From the NCBI GenBank assembly GCA_020353235.1, contig CP070693.1:12847-75926 (forward strand): 63,080 bases of DNA, written 5' to 3'. Positions 54,780 through 63,080 of this stretch are shown here, piece by piece (position 1 is the stretch's first letter; each line of letters opens with the position of its first letter). The notes beneath the pieces are model-generated. The model saw nothing but the letters and a program-made list of their open reading frames with translations, ran no database searches and was not told where the DNA came from. The stretch is from Dehalococcoidia bacterium. Lineage in GTDB: Bacteria > Chloroflexota > Dehalococcoidia > Dehalococcoidales > JAUYDJ01. The translations under genes were made by a program, and so were the position numbers.

Positions 54780-55390
54780 TGAATATTGACCGGCTATATC
54801 GGAAGGGGCTCCGTCTTGAGTACTTTAACGTTGGCTATAATGTCCTGGAGGCAATCGCATCAATACTGTTCGGCAGCATCGCCAACAGCATTGCCTTAAT
54901 CGGATTCGGGCTGGACAGTATTGTTGAGTCACTAGCGGGACTAGTCTTAATCTGGCGTCTGAGGCAGCACGGTAAAATATCAAAAGAATCAGAGGAGAGA
55001 ATAGAAAGGAGAGCCACCAGGTTTGTTGCCATAACCTTCTTTATTCTCGGTCTGTATATCTTATTTGAAGCGGTAGAGAAATTCTGGGTGACCGAGATTC
55101 CGGAACCATCCCTGGCAGGAATAATAATCGCCATGGCTTCCATAACCATAATGCCGGTGATAAGCTGGCAGAAACATAAAACGGGCCAGCAGATAAACAG
55201 CCGGGCTCTGGTGGCTGACTCCAAGCAAACGCTCGCCTGTGCCTTCCTCTCGGTAGCCCTGCTGCTGGGGCTGGGGGCAAACTATCTGTTCGGCTTCTGG
55301 CAGGCTGACCCGATTGTGGGCCTAATTATTACCGCCTTCCTGTTCCGGGAGGGGTGGGAAGGCTGGCAAGAAGCTGGGGAGGAGGCGTAA
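54779..55390 (+). CDS. Cation-diffusion-facilitator-like membrane protein (TM domain only)
   Basis: About six TM helices. [15 protein letters not shown] and ALVADSKQT resemble CDF TM2/TM5. No cytoplasmic C-terminal domain. ATG overlaps the gatC stop (TAATG). Confidence 0.65.
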   Translation: MNIDRLYRKGLRLEYFNVGYNVLEAIASILFGSIANSIALIGFGLDSIVESLAGLVLIWRLRQHGKISKESEERIERRATRFVAITFFILGLYILFEAVEKFWVTEIPEPSLAGIIIAMASITIMPVISWQKHKTGQQINSRALVADSKQTLACAFLSVALLLGLGANYLFGFWQADPIVGLIITAFLFREGWEGWQEAGEEA

Positions 55391-55391
55391 T

Positions 55392-56858
55392 TTGACCGCC
55401 AGCGGGAACAGGCCGACCATCCATGAGGCAAATCAGCTCCTCAAGAGCCGAAAGCTCTCTTCGGTTGAGCTAACCAGAGCCTGCCTGGAGCGCATCAAAG
55501 AAGCCGAACCCAAGGTCCACGCCCTAGTTACCGTTACTGACCAAGCAGCGCTGAAGCAAGCCGAGGCAGCGGATAAGCTTTTGGCCCAAAAAGATAATCA
55601 TAATCCTCTCACCGGCATCCCGGTGCTGATTAAGGACAACATGTGCACCAAGGGGGTGCGCACCACCTGCTCGTCAAAGATACTGGAGAATTTTATACCC
55701 CCCTATGATGCCACCGTGGTCGAAAAACTGAATAACGCCGGGGCGGTGGTGCTGGGTAAAGCCAATATGGATGAGTTCGCCATGGGCTCATCCACCGAGA
55801 ACTCGGCCCTGTTTACCACCGGCAACCCCTGGGACCTGAGCCGTGTCCCCGGCGGCAGCAGCGGCGGCTCGGCGGCGGCGGTCGCCGCCGGGGAGACAAT
55901 CTACGCCCTGGGCTCGGATACCGGGGGCAGCATCCGCCAGCCAGCCGGCTTCTGCAACGTGGTCGGGCTGAAACCGACTTATGGCCGAGTAAGCCGGTAC
56001 GGGCTGGTCGCCTTTGCCAGCTCCCTAGACCAGATTGGGCCCTTGACCCAGGATGTTACCGACTGCGCCCTGGTGCTCAATGCCATTGCCGGCTACGACC
56101 CGAGAGACTCAACCTCGGTTCCCCACCCCACTCCCGATTATACCCGGTGCCTGAGTGCGGAGCTGAAGGGGCTTAAAATCGGCATCCCCAAAGAATATTT
56201 CGTGGCCGGGATACAGCCCGAGGTGGAAGCCGCCATCAGAACCGCCATAGATAAGCTGGCCGGGCTGGGGGCAAGAATAGACTGGGAGGTCTCCCTCCCC
56301 CACACCTCCTACGCCTTGGCGGTGTACTACATTATTGCCCCCTCCGAGGCATCGGCCAACCTGGCCCGCTATGACGGGGTGAAGTACGGCTTTTCCTACA
56401 AAGAGACGGATAATATGTGGACGGCAATGGAGAAGACGAGACAGCATGGCTTTGGCGCCGAGGTAAAGCGGCGCATCATGCTAGGCACCTACGCCCTCTC
56501 CGCCGGCTACTATGATGCCTGGTACCTCAAGGCACAGAAGGTACGCACTTTAATCAGGCGGGAATTTGATCGGCTATTTGAAAAGTTTGACGCCCTGGTT
56601 ACCCCCACCTCGCCCACCACCCCCTTCAAGATAGGGGAAAAGACCGATGATCCGCTCCAGATGTATCTATCTGATGTCTGCACCATACCGGTGAACATCG
56701 CCGGCCTGCCGGCAATATCTATCCCCGCCGGCTTCGCCGACGGACTGCCCATCGGCATGCAGATTATCGGCAAGCCCTTCAGCGAAGAGACCATCCTGAA
56801 AATCGCCTACGCCTACGAACAAGCCACCGACTGGCACAAACACAAGCCTAACCTATAA
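55392..56858 (+). CDS. gatA: Asp/Glu-tRNA amidotransferase subunit A
   Basis: LIKDN Lys. [14 protein letters not shown] amidase signature. TTG start 1 nt after the upstream stop. Confidence 0.95.
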   Translation: MTASGNRPTIHEANQLLKSRKLSSVELTRACLERIKEAEPKVHALVTVTDQAALKQAEAADKLLAQKDNHNPLTGIPVLIKDNMCTKGVRTTCSSKILENFIPPYDATVVEKLNNAGAVVLGKANMDEFAMGSSTENSALFTTGNPWDLSRVPGGSSGGSAAAVAAGETIYALGSDTGGSIRQPAGFCNVVGLKPTYGRVSRYGLVAFASSLDQIGPLTQDVTDCALVLNAIAGYDPRDSTSVPHPTPDYTRCLSAELKGLKIGIPKEYFVAGIQPEVEAAIRTAIDKLAGLGARIDWEVSLPHTSYALAVYYIIAPSEASANLARYDGVKYGFSYKETDNMWTAMEKTRQHGFGAEVKRRIMLGTYALSAGYYDAWYLKAQKVRTLIRREFDRLFEKFDALVTPTSPTTPFKIGEKTDDPLQMYLSDVCTIPVNIAGLPAISIPAGFADGLPIGMQIIGKPFSEETILKIAYAYEQATDWHKHKPNL

Positions 56859-56959
56859 AAGACGGGCGAAATAACCAGAGGGCTTGAATTTTCTGAAAGA
56901 TAACTGTTATTCTGGTCTTATCTATATTTAGGGGTTGCGCCATACTGGGGGAAGAGATT

Positions 56960-57214
56960 ATGGCGAAGCAAAGGAAAGTTAATCCGTGGCGAGTTCTGGT
57001 AACGATGCTGGCGGCTGCTTTCAGCGTACTCGCCTTTATCGGTCTGCTGGCTTTCATCTGGCACGATATATTCATGGTCATATTCAGCTATTTTCCCCGC
57101 GACATCCAGAAAGTCCTGGTTCAGGATATCTACCTCAGTGGTGGCATTGGGGTGTTTGTTTTAACCGGTGTAGCCGCCGTTTTATGGTACGCCCGAACCA
57201 AGATAGAAGCCTGA
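56960..57214 (+). CDS. Small two-TM hypothetical membrane protein
   Basis: 84-aa ORF with two hydrophobic helices. Confidence 0.45.
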   Translation: MAKQRKVNPWRVLVTMLAAAFSVLAFIGLLAFIWHDIFMVIFSYFPRDIQKVLVQDIYLSGGIGVFVLTGVAAVLWYARTKIEA

Positions 57215-57300
57215 GCCGCCTACCCGATAAAACTTACCCAGCTCTGCTATAATGAGACCGGGAAGAAATAGTCGCTAGTTGAGCTATCAGGGGTTAAATA

Positions 57301-57786
57301 ATGCTAAAAGAAATTCTGAAAATACTTGAAAACGATTCCCGCACCACCACCCGACAAATCGCTACCATGACCGGGCGCTCTGAGGCGGAAGTAACCAAAC
57401 TTCTCAGTCAGGCCGAGCAGGACCGGGTCATCCTGAAATACAAAACGGTAGTCAACTGGGACAAGGTGAAGGAGGAGCGCCAGGTATCGGCTTTAATCGA
57501 GGTCAAGGTTACTCCGGAGCCGGAGGCAGGTTTTGATTCGGTTGCCGAGCGTATCTATCACTTCCCCCAGGTGCGCACCGTCTATCTGCTTTCGGGAACC
57601 TATGACCTACTGCTGCTGGTGGTCGGCAAAACCGAAAAAGAAGTCGCTGAGTTCGTCTCCCAGAAGCTGGCCCATATTGAGGGGGTGCAGGGTACGGTTA
57701 CCCACTTTATGCTCAAGCGGTATAAAGAGGACGGTGAGATTCTGGAGGGGGAGGAAGAGGTCAAGCGGCAGCCGGTAATACTCTAG
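57301..57786 (+). CDS. Lrp/AsnC family transcriptional regulator
   Basis: N-terminal HTH (ENDSRTTTRQIATMTGRSEAEVTK) plus a C-terminal RAM/AsnC_trans_reg domain. Confidence 0.85.
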   Translation: MLKEILKILENDSRTTTRQIATMTGRSEAEVTKLLSQAEQDRVILKYKTVVNWDKVKEERQVSALIEVKVTPEPEAGFDSVAERIYHFPQVRTVYLLSGTYDLLLLVVGKTEKEVAEFVSQKLAHIEGVQGTVTHFMLKRYKEDGEILEGEEEVKRQPVIL

Positions 57787-57836
57787 ACAAATAATTAGCG
57801 CTACTAGTATAGTAGATATTCACTCGGGAGACTTCA

Positions 57837-59033
57837 ATGGCAGTAAACACTCGGCTCAAACACAAAAAACAGACTGAAATTATTTCGGAGCGACTGAAGC
57901 AGATATCCCCTTCCGGGATACGTAAGTTCTTTGACCTGCTGGCGTCGATGGAAGGGATTATCTCGCTTGGCGTCGGTGAACCGGACTACAGCACCCCTTG
58001 GCACATCTGCGAGCCGGCCGTCCAGTCACTGGAGAAGGGCTACACCATGTACACCTCAAACCTGGGGATTCCCGAGCTGCGCCAGGAGCTGGCCCGCTAC
58101 CTGAAGGACAATTATAACCTGAGCTATGATCCGGAAAGTGAGTTGCTGATTACGGTCGGGGTCAGTGAGGGAATGGACCTGGCGATGAGGGCTATCCTCA
58201 ACCCGGGGGATGAGGTTATTATGCCCGACCCGTGCTATGTTGCCTACGAGCCCTGCGCCCTTCTCGCCGGCGGCACCGTGATTAAGGTGCCCACCTACCA
58301 GCAAAATGGCTTTGAGATAAGCGCCGCTGAAATTGAGGCACGCCTAACCGATAGAACCAAGGCGATTCTCGTCGGCTATCCCGCCAACCCCACCGGGGCG
58401 GTAATGCCCCGCGATAAGCTGAGGGCAATCGCCGAGTTAGCCCGGCGCCACCAGCTAATCGTCATCTCTGACGAGATTTACGCCCGGCTAATCTACGGCG
58501 TTGAGCATACCTGCTTCGCCAGCCTGCCCGAAATGAAAGAGAGCACCATCCTGCTCGGTGGCTTCTCCAAGGCTTATGCCATGACCGGCTGGCGCATCGG
58601 CTATGCGGCCTCATCCCAAGAGCTCATTGCCGCCATGACCAAGATTCACCAGTATACTATGATGTGCGTCCCCACCATGTCCCAGGTGGCCGCCATAGCG
58701 GCGCTGAAAGAAGGCGAGTCCAGTGTCCTGGAAATGGTCACCGAGTACGACCAGCGGCGCAAGCTCATCGTCAAGGGCTTAAATGAAATCGGGCTCCCCT
58801 GCTTTGAGCCCAAGGGAGCCTTCTATGCCTTCCCCTCTATTAAAAGCACCGGCTTGTCTTCCGAGGAATTCGCCGAAAAGCTGCTCCTTGAGGAAAAGGT
58901 AGCCGCTGTCCCCGGCTCCGCTTTTGGTCAGTGTGGCGAGGGCTATATTCGCTGCTGCTACGCCACCTCACCCAATGAGATTAAAGAAGCCCTCACCCGA
59001 ATGAAGCGCTTTGTCACAAAACACACCAAGTAA
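57837..59033 (+). CDS. Class I/II PLP-dependent aminotransferase (aspartate/aromatic type)
   Basis: GEPD, YPANPTG and FSKAYAMTGWRIGY (PLP lysine present). Confidence 0.9.
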   Translation: MAVNTRLKHKKQTEIISERLKQISPSGIRKFFDLLASMEGIISLGVGEPDYSTPWHICEPAVQSLEKGYTMYTSNLGIPELRQELARYLKDNYNLSYDPESELLITVGVSEGMDLAMRAILNPGDEVIMPDPCYVAYEPCALLAGGTVIKVPTYQQNGFEISAAEIEARLTDRTKAILVGYPANPTGAVMPRDKLRAIAELARRHQLIVISDEIYARLIYGVEHTCFASLPEMKESTILLGGFSKAYAMTGWRIGYAASSQELIAAMTKIHQYTMMCVPTMSQVAAIAALKEGESSVLEMVTEYDQRRKLIVKGLNEIGLPCFEPKGAFYAFPSIKSTGLSSEEFAEKLLLEEKVAAVPGSAFGQCGEGYIRCCYATSPNEIKEALTRMKRFVTKHTK

Positions 59034-59044
59034 GCCGCAACTGA

Positions 59045-60718
59045 TTACATTCTCTCCGGCGCTGTCATCCCCATCAGGTGAAGTGTTCGGGCGAGCACAA
59101 TTTGGGTGGCTTTCACCAGCTTGAGGCGGGCTTGGCTCAGCACTTCGTCCTCAGAGACCACCCGACACTGCTTGTAAAAGCTGTGAAAGACGGTCGCCAG
59201 GTCCTGAGCGTAATAGGCAAGATGATGGGGCTCTAGAGTGGTGGCCACGACCTCGACTATTTCCGGCAGGAGCAGTGCCTTCCGGATGAGGCTCAATTCC
59301 GGCTCGGTGGTCAGCAACGAGACATCGCCGCCACTGAAGTCGATGCCCCGTTCCTCAGCCAGACGCAGAATGCTAGCAATGCGGGCGTGGGCATACTGGA
59401 CATAGTAAACCGGGTTGTCTTCTGACTGCTTCTTGGCCAGCTCCAGGTCAAAGTCCATCTGGCTATCGGCGCTGCGTGCTAAAAAGAAGAAGCGGCAGGC
59501 ATCGCGCCCTACTTCATCGATTACCTCACTCAGGGTAATGATGTCACCGCTGCGTTTGGACACGCGAATCAGCTCGTCACCCCGGCGCAGGGTGACCAGC
59601 TGCGAAATTATCACTTTCAGCCGCTCCGGGTTAATGTCCAGGGCAGCGATAACCGCCTTCATCCGGGGGACATGCCCCTGGTGGTCGGCCCCCCAGATAT
59701 TAATCACCGTGTCAAACTTGCGCTCCACGAATTTGTTATAGTGGTAGGCAATATCGGAGGCAAAATAGGTGGGGGAGCCATCGCCCCGCACCACCACGTT
59801 AGCCTTGTCCTCACCGAGAGCGGTCGCGCCAAACCAGACCGCCCCCTCTCTCTGGCTGATATAGCCCCCCTGGCTCAGACGCGCCATTGCCTTATCGTAT
59901 TGCCCCTTATCATAGAGGCTCTGCTCACTGAACCAGACATCAAATTTCACCCCCAGCTGCTCCAGGGCCGCCTTGATTTGCGTTACCATCTTGGCCAACC
60001 CCACCCGCCCCAGCGCCGGCACCGCTTCGTCCTCAGGCAGCTTGAGAAAGCTATCTTTCTCTTGGGCAATAATCTCACTGGCCAGGTCAACCATATAGCT
60101 ACCCAGGTAACCGTCAGCGGGCATCTCGGCATCGGTGCCCAGACCCTGCTGATAGCGGGCATAGAGGGTGCGCTGAAAGGCGTCTATCTGGCTGCCGGCA
60201 TCATTGAGGTAATACTCCGTCTCTACTTTATAGCCGGCACTGGCAAGCACATTGGCCAGGGTACTGCCCAGCACCCCACCGCGACCGTGGCCAACATGAA
60301 GCGGCCCGGTGGGATTGACACTGACGAACTCGACCTGTACCCAGCTTCCCCGCCCCATATCAATGCTTCCGTAGCCATCACCGGCCGCCAGAATCTCCTC
60401 AACCTGGCTCGCCAGCCAGTTATCTTTGAGCATAAAATTGATAAATCCCGGGGGCGCCACCGCAATCTGACTGATTTCGGGGGGAGGGGTGATAAGCCCG
60501 ACGATATCTTTGGCAATGGCTAACGGCACCAGCCCGGTGGTTCGGGCCAACTTCAAGGCTAGACTACAGGCATAGTCCCCGTGTTCTGCGTAGCGTGGGT
60601 GCTCTAGCAACACTTCGGGCAGAGTTACCGCCGGCAATTTACCCTGCTGCTGGGCTTCACTTACCGCCTCGGTCAGCAACTTAATCAGGGCGTGCCTCAG
60701 CCTTAAAATTCCGCTCAT
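59045..60718 (-). CDS. argS: Arginine--tRNA ligase
   Basis: [13 protein letters not shown] (HIGH) and VSKRSG (KMSKS-like). 557 aa. Confidence 0.95.
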   Translation of the reverse strand: MSGILRLRHALIKLLTEAVSEAQQQGKLPAVTLPEVLLEHPRYAEHGDYACSLALKLARTTGLVPLAIAKDIVGLITPPPEISQIAVAPPGFINFMLKDNWLASQVEEILAAGDGYGSIDMGRGSWVQVEFVSVNPTGPLHVGHGRGGVLGSTLANVLASAGYKVETEYYLNDAGSQIDAFQRTLYARYQQGLGTDAEMPADGYLGSYMVDLASEIIAQEKDSFLKLPEDEAVPALGRVGLAKMVTQIKAALEQLGVKFDVWFSEQSLYDKGQYDKAMARLSQGGYISQREGAVWFGATALGEDKANVVVRGDGSPTYFASDIAYHYNKFVERKFDTVINIWGADHQGHVPRMKAVIAALDINPERLKVIISQLVTLRRGDELIRVSKRSGDIITLSEVIDEVGRDACRFFFLARSADSQMDFDLELAKKQSEDNPVYYVQYAHARIASILRLAEERGIDFSGGDVSLLTTEPELSLIRKALLLPEIVEVVATTLEPHHLAYYAQDLATVFHSFYKQCRVVSEDEVLSQARLKLVKATQIVLARTLHLMGMTAPERM

Positions 60719-60819
60719 TACTAGCCTGCTGTTTTATTTGCAGGGGACACTAAGACAAGATATAATCTTAAACAGGGTGATTATACCAAAATTCAAGCTC
60801 ATTATGCTATTGAGGTCAG

Positions 60820-62130
60820 ATGAGTAAGCATTTGTTTAAAGCCCTGCGTCTCGCTTTTTTTATCAGCCTGCTGGCCGGAGCTCTAACCTCGCTCAGCGTT
60901 AACGCCGCCAACCAGTCAGTTAAAGTTCTGCACGTTAAAGGCACCATCGTGCCCATTGTGGCCGATTACATTGACCGCGGCATTAGCCAAGCGGAAGAAG
61001 AGAACGCCACCGCCTGTATAATTGAGCTGAATACGCCAGGCGGGCTACTGGAGCCCACCGAGAAGATAGTGGAGAGAATCCTGAATGCCCGAGTCCCGGT
61101 TATTGTCTATGTCTCTCCCAAGGGAGCCTGGGCGGCCTCGGCAGGCACTTTTATCACCCTGTCCGGCCATGTCGCCGCCATGATGCCAGGGACAACTATC
61201 GGTGCCGCCCACCCGGTAAGCGCCGGCGGGGAGGAAATACCGGAAGAGCAGATGAAAAAGATAACCGAATTTTCGGCGAAGTGGATGGAGACCATCGCCC
61301 AAGAGCGCGGGCGTAACATTGAAGAAGCCAAACTAGCCGTAACCGAAAGCAAGTCCTTCACTGATGTTGACGCCCTGGAGAATAACCTCATTGACCTCCG
61401 CGCCGAGGATATAGCCACCCTGCTGGCTGAAATCAATGGCCAGCTGGTTACTCTGGCCGGCGGTGAAGAAGTAATCCTTGAGACCGAGAACTATGTCCTG
61501 GACCGGACTGAGATGACCTTTGTCGAGCGCTTTCTGCAAACCATCAGCCATCCCAACATTGCCTATATTCTGCTTTCCGTAGGCAGCCTGGGTATTATTG
61601 CCGAGATTTACAGCCCCGGTGCCCTATTCCCCGGCATCACCGGTGCCATCTGCCTGCTCCTCGCATTCTACGCCCTGAACGTGCTGGATGCCTTCTGGGG
61701 CGGCATACTCCTGATCATACTTGCCTTCGGCCTATTCGTCGGCGAGGCACTTACCGCCACCTTCGGCTTATTCACCGCCGGGGGCGTTGCCGCTCTGGTT
61801 CTGGGCTCCCTGATTCTGTTTCCCGGGCAACCGGCAATGTTTCAGGTTGACCCCTGGCTGATTGCCGTCGTGGTCCTGCTGGTTACCGGCATCGTCGCCT
61901 TTGTCATGCAACGGGTAATTCAGGCGCACCGCCGCCAGGCTAAGACCGGCCGGGAGGAACTGGCCGGCAAGACGGCCGTGGTGAAGCAAGACCTTGACCC
62001 GGAGGGACTGGTCTTCTTCAAAGGGGAACGCTGGGCAGCGGTCGCCGACAAGGGGCGGATAAAAGCCGGCGAAGAAGTGATTATCACCGAGGTTGATGGC
62101 CTAATCCTGCGGGTGACCAAGAAACAGTAA
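60820..62130 (+). CDS. Long NfeD-family membrane-bound ClpP-class serine protease
   Basis: Signal peptide. ClpP-like domain (AASAGTFI). TM block. C-terminal OB domain (GERWAAVAD...VDGLILRV). Confidence 0.85.
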   Translation: MSKHLFKALRLAFFISLLAGALTSLSVNAANQSVKVLHVKGTIVPIVADYIDRGISQAEEENATACIIELNTPGGLLEPTEKIVERILNARVPVIVYVSPKGAWAASAGTFITLSGHVAAMMPGTTIGAAHPVSAGGEEIPEEQMKKITEFSAKWMETIAQERGRNIEEAKLAVTESKSFTDVDALENNLIDLRAEDIATLLAEINGQLVTLAGGEEVILETENYVLDRTEMTFVERFLQTISHPNIAYILLSVGSLGIIAEIYSPGALFPGITGAICLLLAFYALNVLDAFWGGILLIILAFGLFVGEALTATFGLFTAGGVAALVLGSLILFPGQPAMFQVDPWLIAVVVLLVTGIVAFVMQRVIQAHRRQAKTGREELAGKTAVVKQDLDPEGLVFFKGERWAAVADKGRIKAGEEVIITEVDGLILRVTKKQ

Positions 62131-62152
62131 ACAGCAAAAGGAGGGCTCTGAG

Positions 62153-62452
62153 TTGTTTTCGTTTCAAATAGAACCCTGGCTGATTGTCCTAATTGCCATT
62201 AGCATGGTAGCTTTTATTACTATCTCCGTAATCTGGGGAATCCGAGCCCACCGCCACCAGATAGCCGCCGGCCGGGAAGAGCTGGTGGGCCGGACAGCAG
62301 AAGTGGTGACCACCTTGGACCCGAAAGGGGTGGTCTTCATTGAGGGGGAGCGCTGGACAGCCGTATCCGAAGGGGGGCGGCCAGAACCCGGGGAGGAGGT
62401 GACCATAACTAAAGTTGATGGCCTGAAGCTATATGTAACCAAGAAAAAGTAA
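62153..62452 (+). CDS. Short NfeD-like protein (one TM plus OB domain)
   Basis: The C-terminal sequence is paralogous to the C-terminus of the preceding gene (GERWTAVSE...VDGLKLYV). Confidence 0.75.
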   Translation: MFSFQIEPWLIVLIAISMVAFITISVIWGIRAHRHQIAAGREELVGRTAEVVTTLDPKGVVFIEGERWTAVSEGGRPEPGEEVTITKVDGLKLYVTKKK

Positions 62453-62464
62453 AGGAGGTAAATA

Positions 62465-63080
62465 ATGGTCAACCCAATTATTATCGGTATTATTGTTTTA
62501 GCCCTGCTGGTCATCATCCCGATGTCGGTTAAAATTGTCACCGAATTTGAGCGGGGGGTTATTTTCCGTCTGGGAAGGCTAATCGGGGCTAAGGGACCCG
62601 GACTCTTCCTCATCATTCCCTTTGTGGACCGGATGATAAAGGTAGACCTGCGGGTGGTAACCATGGATGTGCCGCCTCAAGAAGTAATCACCAAAGACAA
62701 CGTTACCGTTAGAGTCAATGCCGTGGTCTACTTCCGGGTGGTTGACCCCGAAGCCTCGGTGGTCAAGGTTCTGGATCATATCCGAGCCACCTCCCAGATA
62801 TCGCAGACGACACTGCGCAACATCCTGGGACAATCTGAGCTCGACGAACTGCTGACACAGCGGGAAAAGCTGAACCAGATGCTCCAGAAGATAATCGACG
62901 AGCATACCGACCCCTGGGGAGTAAAGGTCAGCACGGTCGAAATCAAAGAGGTGGAACTGGCCGACCAGATGAAGCGAATGATGGCCGCCCAGGCTGAAGC
63001 AGAGAGAGAAAGGCGAGCCAAAATCATTCACGCTGATGGTGAGTTTCAGGCTTCGGCAAGGCTGGCTGAAGCCGGAAGCG
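62465..63080 (+). CDS. SPFH/band-7 (stomatin-like) protein, 3' partial
   Basis: Not in the ORF track because it is open at the window end. Translation begins [39 protein letters not shown]...[17 protein letters not shown]...[23 protein letters not shown]. Confidence 0.88.
   Translation, partial: MVNPIIIGIIVLALLVIIPMSVKIVTEFERGVIFRLGRLIGAKGPGLFLIIPFVDRMIKVDLRVVTMDVPPQEVITKDNVTVRVNAVVYFRVVDPEASVVKVLDHIRATSQISQTTLRNILGQSELDELLTQREKLNQMLQKIIDEHTDPWGVKVSTVEIKEVELADQMKRMMAAQAEAERERRAKIIHADGEFQASARLAEAGS

Noticed and set aside
59672-60523. 283-aa ORF on the plus strand
   Set aside because: It is antisense to argS (HIGH and KMSKS motifs present). Shadow ORF.

Overview
This is a gene-dense 63-kb bacterial chromosomal segment of moderately high GC by eye. 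I found no rRNA, tRNA, CRISPR array, transposase or integrase. I call about 70 CDS. The gene content suggests an anaerobic Chloroflexota (Dehalococcoidia-like) organism, but this is inference only. That content includes archaeal-type Thi4 and ThiN thiamine genes, mpgS/mpgP, a membrane H+-pyrophosphatase, GatCA, NifS/NifU, a 2-oxoacid:ferredoxin oxidoreductase and lipoprotein-tethered binding proteins.

The right half (about 30-63 kb) is mostly housekeeping: rplY, trpS, queA/queH, nifS/nifU, thiC/thi4, rsmG, pdxS/pdxT, tmk, mnmA, rnhB, thiE, hppA, gatC/gatA, argS and NfeD/stomatin.

The left half holds the accessory-looking modules:
- A dedicated ECF transporter preceded by a surface-anchored alpha/alpha-barrel repeat protein and a DUF4430 lipoprotein.
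- A wHTH regulator with CTAG-core operators between back-to-back consensus promoters.
- Two paralogous Lys/Pro/Arg-rich mini-ORFs, each followed by a hairpin.
- mpgS/mpgP.
- A TPP-riboswitch-controlled PurM-fold gene plus thiN.
- An operon of an S-component-like protein, a small protein and a DUF362 Fe-S protein.
- A divergent OFOR operon with a long leader, coupled to a TctCBA transporter.
- An orphan CbbQ/NorQ ATPase with a 1000-aa NorD/CbbO-like VWA protein.
- A cluster of an MshA-like glycosyltransferase, a PIG-L deacetylase and a CelD-like acyltransferase, followed by an orphan ProV ATPase.

Two TPP riboswitches are clear. The NifS/IscS homologue lacks the PLP-binding lysine. All family assignments rest on motif recognition by eye and need HMM or BLAST confirmation.
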